Shown here one piece after another: positions 1 to 11,600 of a stretch of 64,000 nt of DNA. The stretch spans positions 11,410,001 to 11,474,000 of the forward strand of contig NC_087252.1 in NCBI RefSeq assembly GCF_037042905.1, read 5' to 3'. A program made the position numbers and the translations under genes. Origin of the DNA: Lytechinus pictus (Eukaryota). The notes under the pieces are model-generated. The model was not told the origin of the DNA. It saw only the letters and a list, made by a program, of their open reading frames with translations, and did no database searches. Every line of letters starts with the position of its first letter. Within the stretch, counting starts at the first letter, position 1.

Positions 1-331
1 ATAATGTTTTGTAATAACGTTTTTATAACATTAATAAAACATTTTAATCATACGCTTAATATTTGAATAATGTTTTGACAAAAAATTGTTTATGCTAAAA
101 GAAAATAGTGTTTTTGAAACATCGTTATAACGTTTCCCAAAAAGCAAAAAACGTTTTAATAACATTTTAAAACTATTATTGCTAAACATTATATAAAAAA
201 AAGTTTCTTTATAACCATACATAGATATAACCATACATTTTGACATTTAAAAAAAGTTTTCATAGCATTTACCTATAATATATAATATATTAATGTTATA
301 ATATTCTTAGAATGTTTTTGTGCTAGCTGGT
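1..331. repeat. Right end of an AT-rich MITE-like repeat with recurrent AAAACGTTTT/ATAACGTTTT motifs
   Basis: Repeated near-palindromic AACGTT motifs, ending ...GCTAGCTGG (resembles a CCCAG-type terminus). The left end lies outside the window. Confidence 0.3.
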
Positions 332-1022
332 TTTATCTTCTCCATGCATTTCGATCTCTATTTGATATGCGGTACTTTTTATATAGGTGTGTTATTTATT
401 AGATTCTCATATTTTATCAATATCGCGAATTACCATCAAGGTTTTAGAAGATAGTGTATCTGATATAGATTTTTTTTAAACTTACCGTCATTGTCATATG
501 AAAGCAAAACAAATTGTGAAGGGAAAGTTTATGAAGGAGAATGTTTTACAGTCCTTAAAGGAATGAAACAAAATAAATCACCAGGGAATGACGGACTGAC
601 CGTATAGTTTTTTTTACTACATTCTGGACAGAAATAAAAGATACATTACTAGGGGCCTTTAACAAGGCTTTTTAAACAGGAGAACTAACTGCATCACAAA
701 AACAAGCTGTGGTCATTCTGATTGCCAAAGATGGGAAGGACCCTCATTTACTTAAGAATTACAGGCCAATATCATTATTACATATTGATTATAAAATTCT
801 ATCTACAGTCTTGGCAACAAGATTAAAAGATGTTTTAGAAGACATTAGTTCAGTAGATCAAATATGTTTTATGAACGGGAGAACTATTGGAGAAGCAATC
901 AGAATACTATACGACGTAATATTCCATGCGACAAAAAATGACTTACCAGGGTATATGGTAGCAATTGATTTTCAAAAGGCTTTTAATTCGGTGTCCCACG
1001 ATTTTCTTAATAAAATATTACA

Positions 1023-1072
1023 TTTTTGTCTCACCTGCATAGCAGAGTGAGACTATAGGCGCCGCTTTTCCG

Positions 1073-1115
<43 letters not shown>

Positions 1116-2010
1116 CGGCGGCGTCAACACCAAATCTTAACCTGAGGTTAAGTTTTTGAAATGACAGCATAACTTAGAAAGTATATGGACCTAGTTCATG
1201 AAACTTGGCCATAAGGTTAATCAAGTATTACTGAACATCCTGCCTGAGTTTCATGTCACATGACCAAGGTCAAAGGTCATTTAGGGTCAATGAACTTAGA
1301 CCATGTTGGGGGAATCAACATCAAAATCTTAACCTAAGGTTAAGTTTTTGAAATGTCATCATAACTTAGAAAATATATGGACCTAGTTCATGAAACTTAT
1401 ACATAAGGTTAATCAAGTATCACTGAACATCCTGCATGAGTTTCACGTCACATGACCAAGGTCAAAGGTCATTTAGGGTCAATGAACTTTGGCCGAATTG
1501 GGGGTATCTGTTGAATTACCATCATAACTTTGAAAGTTTATGGATCTGATTCATGAAACTTGGACATAATAGTAATCAAGTATTACTGAACATCCTGTGC
1601 AAGTTTCAGGTCACATGATCAAGGTCAAAGGTCATTTAGGGTCAATGAACTTTGGCCAAATTGGGGTATTTGTTGAATTACAGCCATAAATTTGAAAGTG
1701 TGTTGGTCTAGTTCATAAAACTTGGACATAATAGTAATCAAGTATCACTGAACATCCTGTGCGAGTTTCAGGTCACATGATCAAGGTCAAAGGTCATGTA
1801 AGGTCAAAGAACTTTGGCCACGTTGGGGGTATTTGTTGAATTGCCATCATATCTCTATAAGTGTATTGGTCTAGTTCATAAAACGTGGAAATAAGAGTAA
1901 CCAAGTATCACTGAACATCTTGTGCGAGTTATAGTAGTTTTCAAAATCAGCACTGCTGCTATATTGAATCGCGTGATGCAGGTGAGACGGCCAGAGGCAT
2001 TCCACTTGTT
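1023..2010 (+). mobile_element. Helentron-associated non-autonomous element (HINE/DINE/Tsp-like)
   Basis: Subterminal inverted repeats GTCTCACCTGCAT (1028) and ATGCAGGTGAGAC (~1976), a (GGC)n microsatellite, 4-5 internal 162-192-bp tandem cores, and insertion in a T-run with no TSD. The host LINE frame resumes after it (H-F-Y-N-Y-G-P-Q-F-C-R-W). Confidence 0.75.
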
Positions 2011-3195
2011 ATAACTACGGTCCACAGTTTTGCAGATGGGTGGAAATTTTGTACAAAAAATCATGAAGTTGTGTTTTTAATGGAGGAATGTCAACGGGAT
2101 ATTTTGATGTACGTAGAGGCGTAAGGCAGGGGGATCCCCTTTCCCATACCTGTTTATTTTATGTTTAAAAATACTGACACATAATATAAGATACAATAGG
2201 GAGGTTAAAGGTATTTTGTTTGGAAAGGAGGAAATAAAACAAATCATGTATATGCAGATGATATGACCCTTTTTGTTCAAGATGAAGATTCAATTAGAAA
2301 AGTCAAAGGTTTATTAGAGAATTTGGAAATATTTCAGGATTTGGTGTTAATAAAACATAAGTTCTCTTGATTGGGGCTTTACAAGGAAAATCTTATGAAA
2401 TACCTTTCGGCCAGAGAGTGGATTTTGTTAAGATATTAGGGGAGTTTTTTTCTTCGAACAATGAAGTAAAAGAAAATTTGAATTACAAAGAAATATTAAG
2501 TAAAACAAAAAAACTTTTAGGTTGGTGGAAACAGAGGGATTTGACGTTGATGGGTAAAATACAGTTACTAAAGTTATTTATATATTCAAAATTCATATAC
2601 ACAGCATCCCTCATGCCAGTTCCAAAATGGGTTTATGAGGATTTAGAAAATATAACTTTTGAGTTCCTGTGGGGTGGAAGAAATAAAATTAATAGAAATA
2701 CGATGTATCTGGATTACCATTTGGGAGGTCTGAAAATGATGAATTTTGAACTGTTAATAAAAGCACAGAGAGTTATGTGGGTCAAAAAAACTTATGGAAA
2801 ATAACGAAATGAAATGGAAGTTATATTTTAATCACGCTACACAACATGTAGGCGGAAGTTTCATTTTTTCTTGTGACTATTTACTTGACCTTTTGAATTT
2901 AACATTACCAAAGTTCTATACAGATCTTCTGGAAGTGTGGATAGAAACGAGGAATTTCCAGCAGAAATATGAACCTTACATAGGAAATGAAATAATGTTT
3001 AATAATAAATTCAGGCGAGTTAACGGTAAGTGTGAAGAGAAATATGAGAACAGATAGAGACACAATTCCTGATGATCCTGACATAGTTTTTTTATTAGGT
3101 AAAATGTTGTAGCAATAAATGATATTGCATCAAAAAAACTTTATACAACATTTCTTTACCAGAAAGCAATAACACCTGGAGTATTCACAAGACTA

Positions 3196-6024
3196 GATAG
3201 AAACTTCGAATATTTTGAAAATCTCTTACACACGTTAAACAATTTTAAATTTTCTGTTATTGGTATTAGCGAGACATGGTTACACGAAAATTCCCCAGAT
3301 TTGTTTAATTTACCAGATTATAAGCTGATTAGGGCAGACCGCAAAGGGAAAAGAGGCGGAGGGGTAGCCTTCTATATTGCCGAAAAACTGAAATTTAAGA
3401 TCCGTTCCGACGTGAAACTTTTACATGCTGAATCTTTGTTTATTGAAATTGAAAACACAGAATTTAAAAATGTCGTCATAGGTTTAATTTATAGACCACC
3501 AGGTTTTAATTTTGATTCATTTTATGAGGAAACAGAGCAATATCTCCATATAATAAGTAATGAAAATAAAAACTGTTTTATTATTGGTGATTTTAATATC
3601 AATTTCTTACCCTCAATCGACAATAATAAATCAAATAATTTCATGAAACTAATGTACTCATTCGGCTTCAATTCATTCATAAATAATCCCACTAGAATCA
3701 ACCAAAATTCATCAACTCAAATTGACAACATTTTTTCCAACGTACATAACATGAACAACAAAATGATAGGAGGAATTCTATGCTCTGAAGTTTCAGACCA
3801 CTTACCAATATTTCTAACTTGTGATTTAAAACTACCACACCTCAAAACATTTAACCAACATACATATAGAAGAGAATCTAAACGTAATATTGAATTATTG
3901 AAACAAGACTTAACAATTGAGGAATGGGAGGATGTCTATAATGAAGTTGGAGCAAACACATCTTATAATCGCTTTAATGATAAATTACAACATTATTACG
4001 ATAAGAATATCCCCATAGGTAGAATGAAAAATAATCGAAAAAAGACCCCCAAACATCCCTGGATAACAAAAGGTATATTGAAATCAATACATACACGTAA
4101 TCGCCTTTACAAGTCACATTTACACAAACCGTCCGAAGCTAACTTAAAAACATATAAAGTATATCGAAACAAATTGACAAAATTAATTCGTATATCACGT
4201 AAAATGTATTACGCTAATAGAATAAAGAATGCCAGTTCAAACACTAATGCAACTTGGAAAATCATTAAAGAGGTAATGGGAACAAAAACAGATTCCCCTC
4301 CTACTGATGATATGACTCTCAACGGTTTTAAAATTGACTCTTCCCTTCAAGCAAATTCATTTAATTCATTTTTCACAAATATCGGACCCGAACTTTCAAG
4401 CAAAATTAATAGCCCTAATGCGCGTTTTACCGACTATCTCCCCGAACCTAATCCACACTCTATATTTTTTAACCCTACGGACCCAACTGAAATTATCAAT
4501 ATTACACGGTCTCTTAACAGTTCAAAATCGCATGGACATGATAGAATTAGTATGTCTCTTTTAAAAGAAATAATTCACCCACTTGCTAATCCTCTTAGTA
4601 ACATTTTTAATAAATCATTATCACAAGGAGTATTTCCTGACTTATTCAAAATCGCCAAAGTAAATCCAATTTTCAAAAAAGACAATCCTCATGAAATTAA
4701 TAATTATCGCCCCATTTCTCTTCTCCCAACTATATCAAAAATCTTAGAAAAAATAGTATATAACAGACTTTATAAATTCATCAGCAAACACAATCTGCTA
4801 AATTCTAATCAATATGGCTTTAGGAAAAATTACTCAACAAACTTGGCTTTAATCCAAATCTATGATAAAATTACAAACGCCATTGCAAATAAAGAACATG
4901 TCATTGGCATATTTTGTGACCTTAGTAAGGCATTTGATACACTTAATCACGACATTCTACTCTCAAAACTTAATTATTATGGCGTACGAGGTCAATCCCT
5001 CCTTTGGTTTAAAGATTACTTAAGAAATCGAAAACAATACGTCGCATTTAATGGTTATGACTCTGACTCACTTTTAGTTCGTTGTGGTGTCCCTCAAGGC
5101 TCCATATTAGGCCCACTATTATTTTTACTATATATCAATGACATTATTAATACATCATCCATTTTATCTTTTGTATTATTCGCCGACGACACAAATATTT
5201 TTTTTTCTCATACAAATCCTACTTCGTTATACAATATTTTAAATCATGAAATAAACAAAGTATCACAGTGGTTCAAAGCTAACAAATTATCTTTGAACAC
5301 ACAAAAAACTCACTACATATATTTTAAACATCACTCTCATATTTCTAACACTCAATTTCACCTACAGATTGACGGCAAATCATTAGAACGGAAAACTCAC
5401 TCTAAATTTTTAGGGGTTATCATAGATGAAGCTTTATCTTGGAATGAGCATCTGCACCATATTACAATGTGTATTTCGAGAAGCATTGGAATTATTTCTA
5501 AGTTAAAATTTATTTTGCCTCTTAAAACTTTATTCCTATTGTACAATTCCTTAGTACTCCCGTATATTACTTATTGTAACGTTGTTTGGGCTAATTGTGG
5601 CTCAACAAAGCTGACTTCTATTTTCAAATTACAAAAGAGAGTTGTTCGCATTTGTACAGGATCTCATTACTTGGCTCACACTGATCCATTATTTTTCAAA
5701 CAGAAAACACTAAAAGTTGCCGACTTGTATACTCTTCAAGTAGCTATCATTATGTTTAAGTATATTAATAACCTACTCCCTTCGTCTTTTGATGATATGT
5801 TTAAGTTCAATAGTTCTGTCCATACCTACCCAACTCGTACATCTGGAAACTTTCATCTCACAAACCCCAGACTGTTAATTACCTCTAAATCAATTCGACA
5901 TCATGGTCCAGACATTTGGAATAATCTTGCAGAAAATATTAAATCTTGTTCCACTTTATACTCTTTAAAATCAACTGTTAAAAGAAATATCATTCGATCT
6001 TATTCATCCCAACCTTCAAATTAA
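3196..6024 (+). CDS. LINE ORF2: APE endonuclease plus reverse transcriptase, N-terminally truncated but uninterrupted
   Basis: The ORF-track ORF 3301-6024 stays open upstream to the insertion junction (DRNFEY..VIGISETWL). Motifs: GGGVA, YRPP, GDFN, SDHLP, YRPISLL, DLSKAFD, GVPQGSILGP, FADDT. Confidence 0.9.
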   Translation, partial: DRNFEYFENLLHTLNNFKFSVIGISETWLHENSPDLFNLPDYKLIRADRKGKRGGGVAFYIAEKLKFKIRSDVKLLHAESLFIEIENTEFKNVVIGLIYRPPGFNFDSFYEETEQYLHIISNENKNCFIIGDFNINFLPSIDNNKSNNFMKLMYSFGFNSFINNPTRINQNSSTQIDNIFSNVHNMNNKMIGGILCSEVSDHLPIFLTCDLKLPHLKTFNQHTYRRESKRNIELLKQDLTIEEWEDVYNEVGANTSYNRFNDKLQHYYDKNIPIGRMKNNRKKTPKHPWITKGILKSIHTRNRLYKSHLHKPSEANLKTYKVYRNKLTKLIRISRKMYYANRIKNASSNTNATWKIIKEVMGTKTDSPPTDDMTLNGFKIDSSLQANSFNSFFTNIGPELSSKINSPNARFTDYLPEPNPHSIFFNPTDPTEIINITRSLNSSKSHGHDRISMSLLKEIIHPLANPLSNIFNKSLSQGVFPDLFKIAKVNPIFKKDNPHEINNYRPISLLPTISKILEKIVYNRLYKFISKHNLLNSNQYGFRKNYSTNLALIQIYDKITNAIANKEHVIGIFCDLSKAFDTLNHDILLSKLNYYGVRGQSLLWFKDYLRNRKQYVAFNGYDSDSLLVRCGVPQGSILGPLLFLLYINDIINTSSILSFVLFADDTNIFFSHTNPTSLYNILNHEINKVSQWFKANKLSLNTQKTHYIYFKHHSHISNTQFHLQIDGKSLERKTHSKFLGVIIDEALSWNEHLHHITMCISRSIGIISKLKFILPLKTLFLLYNSLVLPYITYCNVVWANCGSTKLTSIFKLQKRVVRICTGSHYLAHTDPLFFKQKTLKVADLYTLQVAIIMFKYINNLLPSSFDDMFKFNSSVHTYPTRTSGNFHLTNPRLLITSKSIRHHGPDIWNNLAENIKSCSTLYSLKSTVKRNIIRSYSSQPSN

Positions 6025-6404
6025 TCCTCATTTACCACTATAAATTAAATAAAAAATATAAATTCTACAGCTATCTTCTGCACCCGCACCTGCACCTGCA
6101 TTGCACCCACTTGTTCAGTAATTATACCAATCATAGTCACGAACCCTTTTTATGAGGCCGCCATCAATTACAAGCTTAACCGCTCACGATGGCGGTCTCC
6201 TGCGTTCATTTAAATTTTGTTAATGTTCCTTTTTTATTATCAAAATGTGAAGTATATGCCCACACCATTTTTTCCTTCAAATTATGTATTATGTTTATAT
6301 TGTATGCATTATGAATTATTTTGTATATTACAAACAATGTAAATATTTATGATAATGTATTGTGAACGCAGAAATAAAAATAAAACAAACAAACAAAACA
6401 AACA
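3196..6404 (+). mobile_element. 5'-truncated CR1-group (Crack/Daphne/L2-like) LINE nested in the L1/Tx1 element
   Basis: 7-bp TSD AAGACTA at 3189-3195 and 6405-6411; AATAAA followed by an (AAAC)n tail; 3' UTR stem-loop at 6154-6199. Confidence 0.9.
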
Positions 6405-8668
6405 AAGACTAAAGTGTAACTATAATTTATACCGTCTTTCAGATTTTTAAAAGACCAAGGCAATGTACATTAAACAGCCGACTTATATAGAGAGTTTCAA
6501 TTTAAATTAATACACGGAATCATTTATACAAATCACCATTTGCATTTATTTGGGAAAGTTGATTCTAATCTGTGTAGCTACTGTAAAAAAGAAAAAGAGA
6601 CTTATCGTCATTTATTTTTTCAATGCGAAAAAGCAAAATTAATATGGAGAGACTGCGAGAATATTTTTGACTTTGTTTCTTTCACCAATCTTACTTGGGA
6701 AGACATATTTTGGGGGATGAAATTAGCAGATCAAGGAAAAGAAAAATTGGTTAATCACTTTATAATCCTTGTGAACTTATCTGGTTTTCAGTGGTAAAGA
6801 AAACAATTCAGAAATAGTTTTGAATAAGATTAAAAGTAAATTAAAAGAAGATGAATTTGAAGAAAGAAAATTGGCATTAAATAGAAATAAATACCCCCTT
6901 CACTTAAGAAAATTGGAATGTTGGGAGGAGTTTATAGGGAGAGCTATATAGATGTGCAAAAAACAAAAACAAAATGAAAATAAACAAATAAAATAAATTA
7001 ATAAATTAAAAATATAAAACAAATAAATGATAAATAAGTGAAAAATAAAATAAGAATAAAAGAATAAATGAAATAAATAACATGTGTGTAAAATAACGAT
7101 AATGAATAAAGTATTTTTTTTCAATGAATGCTTAGGTAAATGAGAGTATTTTTCATTAATATATATATGTACATATATATATATATATATACATATATTT
7201 TTTTCATTCGTACCATTCAGAGAAGGAAGGAAAACGTTCTTTCCACCCCCACACGAGTAGAACGGGAGGGTTGTGACGACGAAGGGCGTGGGAGGGGGGG
7301 GGGTCATGGGGAGGGGTAGAGGCCTAGAGGGTAGGGTGGGGGACACATGCCTGGTGTTGGAAGGGGGTTTGTTTTGCTTCCGTGTTTGTTTTCTCTTTCT
7401 TTTTTATTTTTCTTGCTTCTTGGCTATTTTCAAACTCCTTTATATAAACAACAAAGGATCGGGAGGGGGGGGGTGGGGTGGTAGGTAGGGTTCGGGCCTG
7501 AGGCTGATGTTGTTATAGGATATGAAATATTTGAGGAATGAGGCCAAGGTGTGGGGAGGGGGTATGGAAAATCCTTGTTAATGGCTTCAATTCGACTAGG
7601 TTGTATTAATGATTGGTTTTGTGTATTTGGAAAATCTGTTATGTTGTGAATATTTTGACACTAGAAAAAAAATTGAGTACATTGAGTTTTATTAGGTTTT
7701 ATTGTAACACTAAAGGAAAAAAGATAAAATGTTAAGTGTTAGTTATATGAGTTTACAATGTATTCATAATATGTAAAGATATATTGTATAAATAGTGATG
7801 TATGTATTTTATTTTGTATATGACATGTATGACAAATACAAACTTCTTAATACAAAAAAAAACACCACTCGAATAAGAAGACTGTCGTTATATTGTAAAG
7901 ATCATCCGCTAACGTAGAAAACAAAATCGGTTAGCTCTAGTGCAACGAGCCACGAGTCTGATACACAAAAATTGTATCTTCGGCGACGTGCATGAAATAT
8001 GTTCTTTTATTACGACTGGTACCGAAGTCTATAGTCTGACCATTGATTGAGCGTGAGCGCGAGCGCGCGCGTCACAGTATGGGTCAAAAAGTTGTTTTTC
8101 TTCGCGAGATAATCGTCCATTGAGTCCTGTTGTCCAATTCAGAATTCCTTGGAGAATCTTTCATTTGCAGTTGTGTAATATTAAAATAAGGAAAACCACC
8201 TGAATACGGTGATAGCGAACCTGTGAAGATCGTTTCAATTACTATCTTGCAAATAACGTCCTTCATTTTAATTCGGTGGCCCAGTGTATAGTCCGTACGT
8301 ACATGCACAGGATATACGTCCTTAACCGACCAATCAGAGAATGGCTAACGTGCTGTCTTTAACGGGACGTGTCAGGCTCTGCCACCGCCATCACCACGGA
8401 GCCGCCGGCTCGAGCTCCCTAACCCAGGGAACTCCCGTGCGGGCCGGAGCTCCCTGGGTTACCGGCTTCCGGGCCGCGACGCTTCCGGGGCACGCCTGTG
8501 GCTGGGGGCGCGCCGGAGTAGAGTCAGCCAACAATAAGCTAGCCAACAGCAAGCCAGCCAACAGTTCCAGCCAACAATATCGCGATGTAAGATAGATCAG
8601 ATACAGGATTTTGCGCACGAAGAGAAGCGTGCATTCTTGTACAAATCAAACAAACGGGGTCAGGGTGG

Positions 8669-11600
8669 GGTTTCCCTTCTTTCAATTTGTAAAGAAAAAC
8701 AACGGGCTAGTGCTTAAATTTTAGTAGCCCACACCCCTATATACTCTATGTGTTTTCGTATATTGAGGAGTAAATTTCAACTAAAAGTCCTCTTTAAACT
8801 ACAATTGGAAGATTGCTCCTGAAGTATATTTTGGGTGTGTGTAGGGGGGTTTCCCTTCTTTCAATTTGTAAAGAAAAACAACGGGCTAGTGCTAATTTAG
8901 TTTCAGTAGCCCACACCCCTATATACTATATGTTTTTTCGTGTATTGAGGAGTAAATTTCAACTAAACGTCCTCTTTATAAAACACAATTCGAAGATTGC
9001 TCCTGAAATATATTTTTGGTGTGTGGAGGGGGGTAATTTCCCTTCTTTCAATTTGTAAAGAAAAACAAGGGGCTAGTGCCTTCGTTTTAGTAGCCCACAC
9101 TCATATACATTCCTATATATTCCACGTTTTTATATATATTGAGGAATAAATTTGAACTAAAAGTCCTCTTTATAAAATACAATTGGAAGATTGCTCCTGA
9201 AATTTGTTTTGGGTGTGTGTAGGGGGGTTTCCCTTCTTTCAATTTGTAAAGAAACACAACAGGCTAGTGCTTTAATTTTAGTAGCCCACACCCCTATATA
9301 CTCTATGTTTTTTCGTATATTGAGGAGTAAATTTCAACAAAAAGTCCTCTTTATAAAATACAATTGGAAGATTGCTCCTGAAATATATTTTTGGTGTGTG
9401 TAGGGGGGTTTCCCTTCTTTCAATTTGTAAAGAAAAACAAGGGGCTAGTGCCTTCGTTTTAGTAGCCCACACTCATATACATTCCTATATATTCCACGTT
9501 TTTATATATATTGAGGAGTAAATTTGAACTAAAAGTCCTCTTTATTAAATACAATTGGAAGATTGCTCCTGAAATATATTTTGGGTGTGTGTAGGGGGGT
9601 TTCCCTTATTTCAATTTGTAAAGAAAAACAACGGGCTAGTGCTTTAGTTTTAGTAGCCCACACCCCTATATACTCTATGTTTTTTCGTATATTGAGGAGT
9701 AAATTTCAACAAAAAGTCCTCTTTATAAAATACAATTGGAAGATTGCTCCTGAAATATATTTTGGGTGTGTGTAGGGGGGTTTCCCTTCTTTCAATTTGT
9801 AAAGAAAAACAACGGGCTAGTGCTTTAGTTTTAGTAGCCCACACCCCTATATACTCTAGGTTTTTTCGTATATTGAGGAGTAAATTTGAACTAAAAGTCC
9901 TCTTTATTAAATACAATTGGAAGATTGCTCCTGAAATATATTTTGGGAGTGTGGAGGGGGGTTTCCCTTCTTTCAATTTGTAAAGAAAAACAACGGGCTA
10001 GTGCTTTCGTTTTTGTATCCCACACTCATATACATTCCTATATATTCCACGTTTTTATATATATTGAGGAGTAATTTTCAACAAAAAGTCCTCTTTATAA
10101 AATACAATTGAAAGATTGCTCCTGAAATATATTTTGGGTGTGTGGAGGGGGGTTTGCCTTCTTTCAATTTGTAAAAAAAAAACAACGGGCTAGTGCCTTC
10201 GTTTTAGTAGCCCACACTTATATACATTCCTATATATTCCACGTTTTATATATATTGAGGAGTAAATTTCAACTAAAAGTCTTCTTTATAAAATACAATT
10301 GGAAGATTGCTCCTGAAATATATTTTGGGTGTGTGGAGGGGGGTTTCCCTTCTTTCAATTTGTAAAGAAAACAAACGGGCTAGTGCTTTAATTTTAGTAG
10401 CCCACACCCCTATATACTCTATGTTTTTTCGTATATTGAGGAGTAAATTTCAACTATAAGTCCTCTTTATAAAATACAATTGGAAGATTGCTCCTGAAAT
10501 GTTTTTTGGGTGTGTGTAGGGGGGTTTCCCTTCTATCAATTTGTAAAGAAAAACAAGGGGCTAGTGCCTTCGTTTTAGTAGCCCACGCTCGTATACATTC
10601 CTATATATTCCACGTTTTTATATATATTGAGGAGTAAATTTGAACTAAAAGTCCTCTTTAGAAAATACCTTTGGAAGATTGCTCCTGAAATTTGTTTTGG
10701 GTGTGTGTAGGGGGGTTTCCCTTCTTTCAATTTGTAAAGAAACACAACGGGCTAGTGCTTTAATTTTAGTAGCCCACACCCCTATATACTCTAGGTTTTT
10801 TCGTATATTAAGGAGTAAATTTCAACAAAAAGTCCTCTTTATAAAATACAATTGGAAGATTGCTCCTGAAATATATTTTTGGTGTGTGTAGGGGGGTTTC
10901 CCTTCTTTCAATTTGTAAAGAAAAACAAGGGGCTAGTGCCTTCGTTTTAGTAGCCCACACTCATATACATTCCTATATATTCCACGTTTTTATATATATT
11001 GAGGAATAAATTTGAACTAAAAGTCCTCTTTATTAAATACAATTGGAAGATTGCTCCTGAAATATATTTTGGGTGTGTAGAGGGGGGTTTCCCTTCTTTC
11101 AATTTTTAAAGAAAAACAAGGGGCTAGTGCCTTCGTTTTAGTAGCCCAAGCTCATATACATTCCTATATATTCCACGTTTTTATATATATTGAGGAGTAA
11201 ATTTGAACTAAAAGTCCTCTTTATTAAATACAATTGGAAGATTGCTCCTGAAATATATTTTGGGAGTGTGGAGGGGGGTTTCCCTTCTTTCAATTTGTAA
11301 AGAAAAACAACGGGCTAGTGCTTTCGTTTTTGTATCCCACACTCATATACATTCCTATATATTCCACGTTTTTATATATATTGAGGAGTAATTTTCAACA
11401 AAAAGTCCTCTTTATAAAATACAATTGAAAGATTGCTCCTGAAATATATTTTGGGTGTGTGGAGGGGGGTTTGCCTTCTTTCAATTTGTAAAAAAAAAAC
11501 AACGGGCTAGTGCCTTCGTTTTAGTAGCCCACACTCATATACATTCCTATATATTCCACGTTTTATATATATTGAGGAGTAAATTTCAACTAAAAGTCTT

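Larger units (their letters stand above)
430..7862 (+). mobile_element. Decayed L1/Tx1-clade non-LTR retrotransposon ORF2 plus 3' UTR, interrupted by two nested insertions
   Basis: Fragments read NKSPGNDGLT (~570), NYRPISLL and IDFQKAFNSV (709-1026), GVRQGDPLSPYLF (~2120), YADD (~2250), W..RDLTLMGKI (2367-2804) and a C-terminal zinc finger CSYC..ETYRHLFFQC (6540-6797). Stops and frameshifts are present; an A-rich end lies near 7855. Boundaries approximate. Confidence 0.85.

Noticed and set aside
6900..7560. Pro-rich and hydrophobic ORFs with G-runs
   Set aside because: Low-complexity 3' UTR of the L1/Tx1-type LINE.
8415..8428. CCCTAACCC as a telomerase RNA template, or the GC island as SRP/HDV-ribozyme RNA
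   Set aside because: Only a partial template, buried in a stem. No recognisable pseudoknot, H/ACA box or SRP/ribozyme consensus could be seen by eye.
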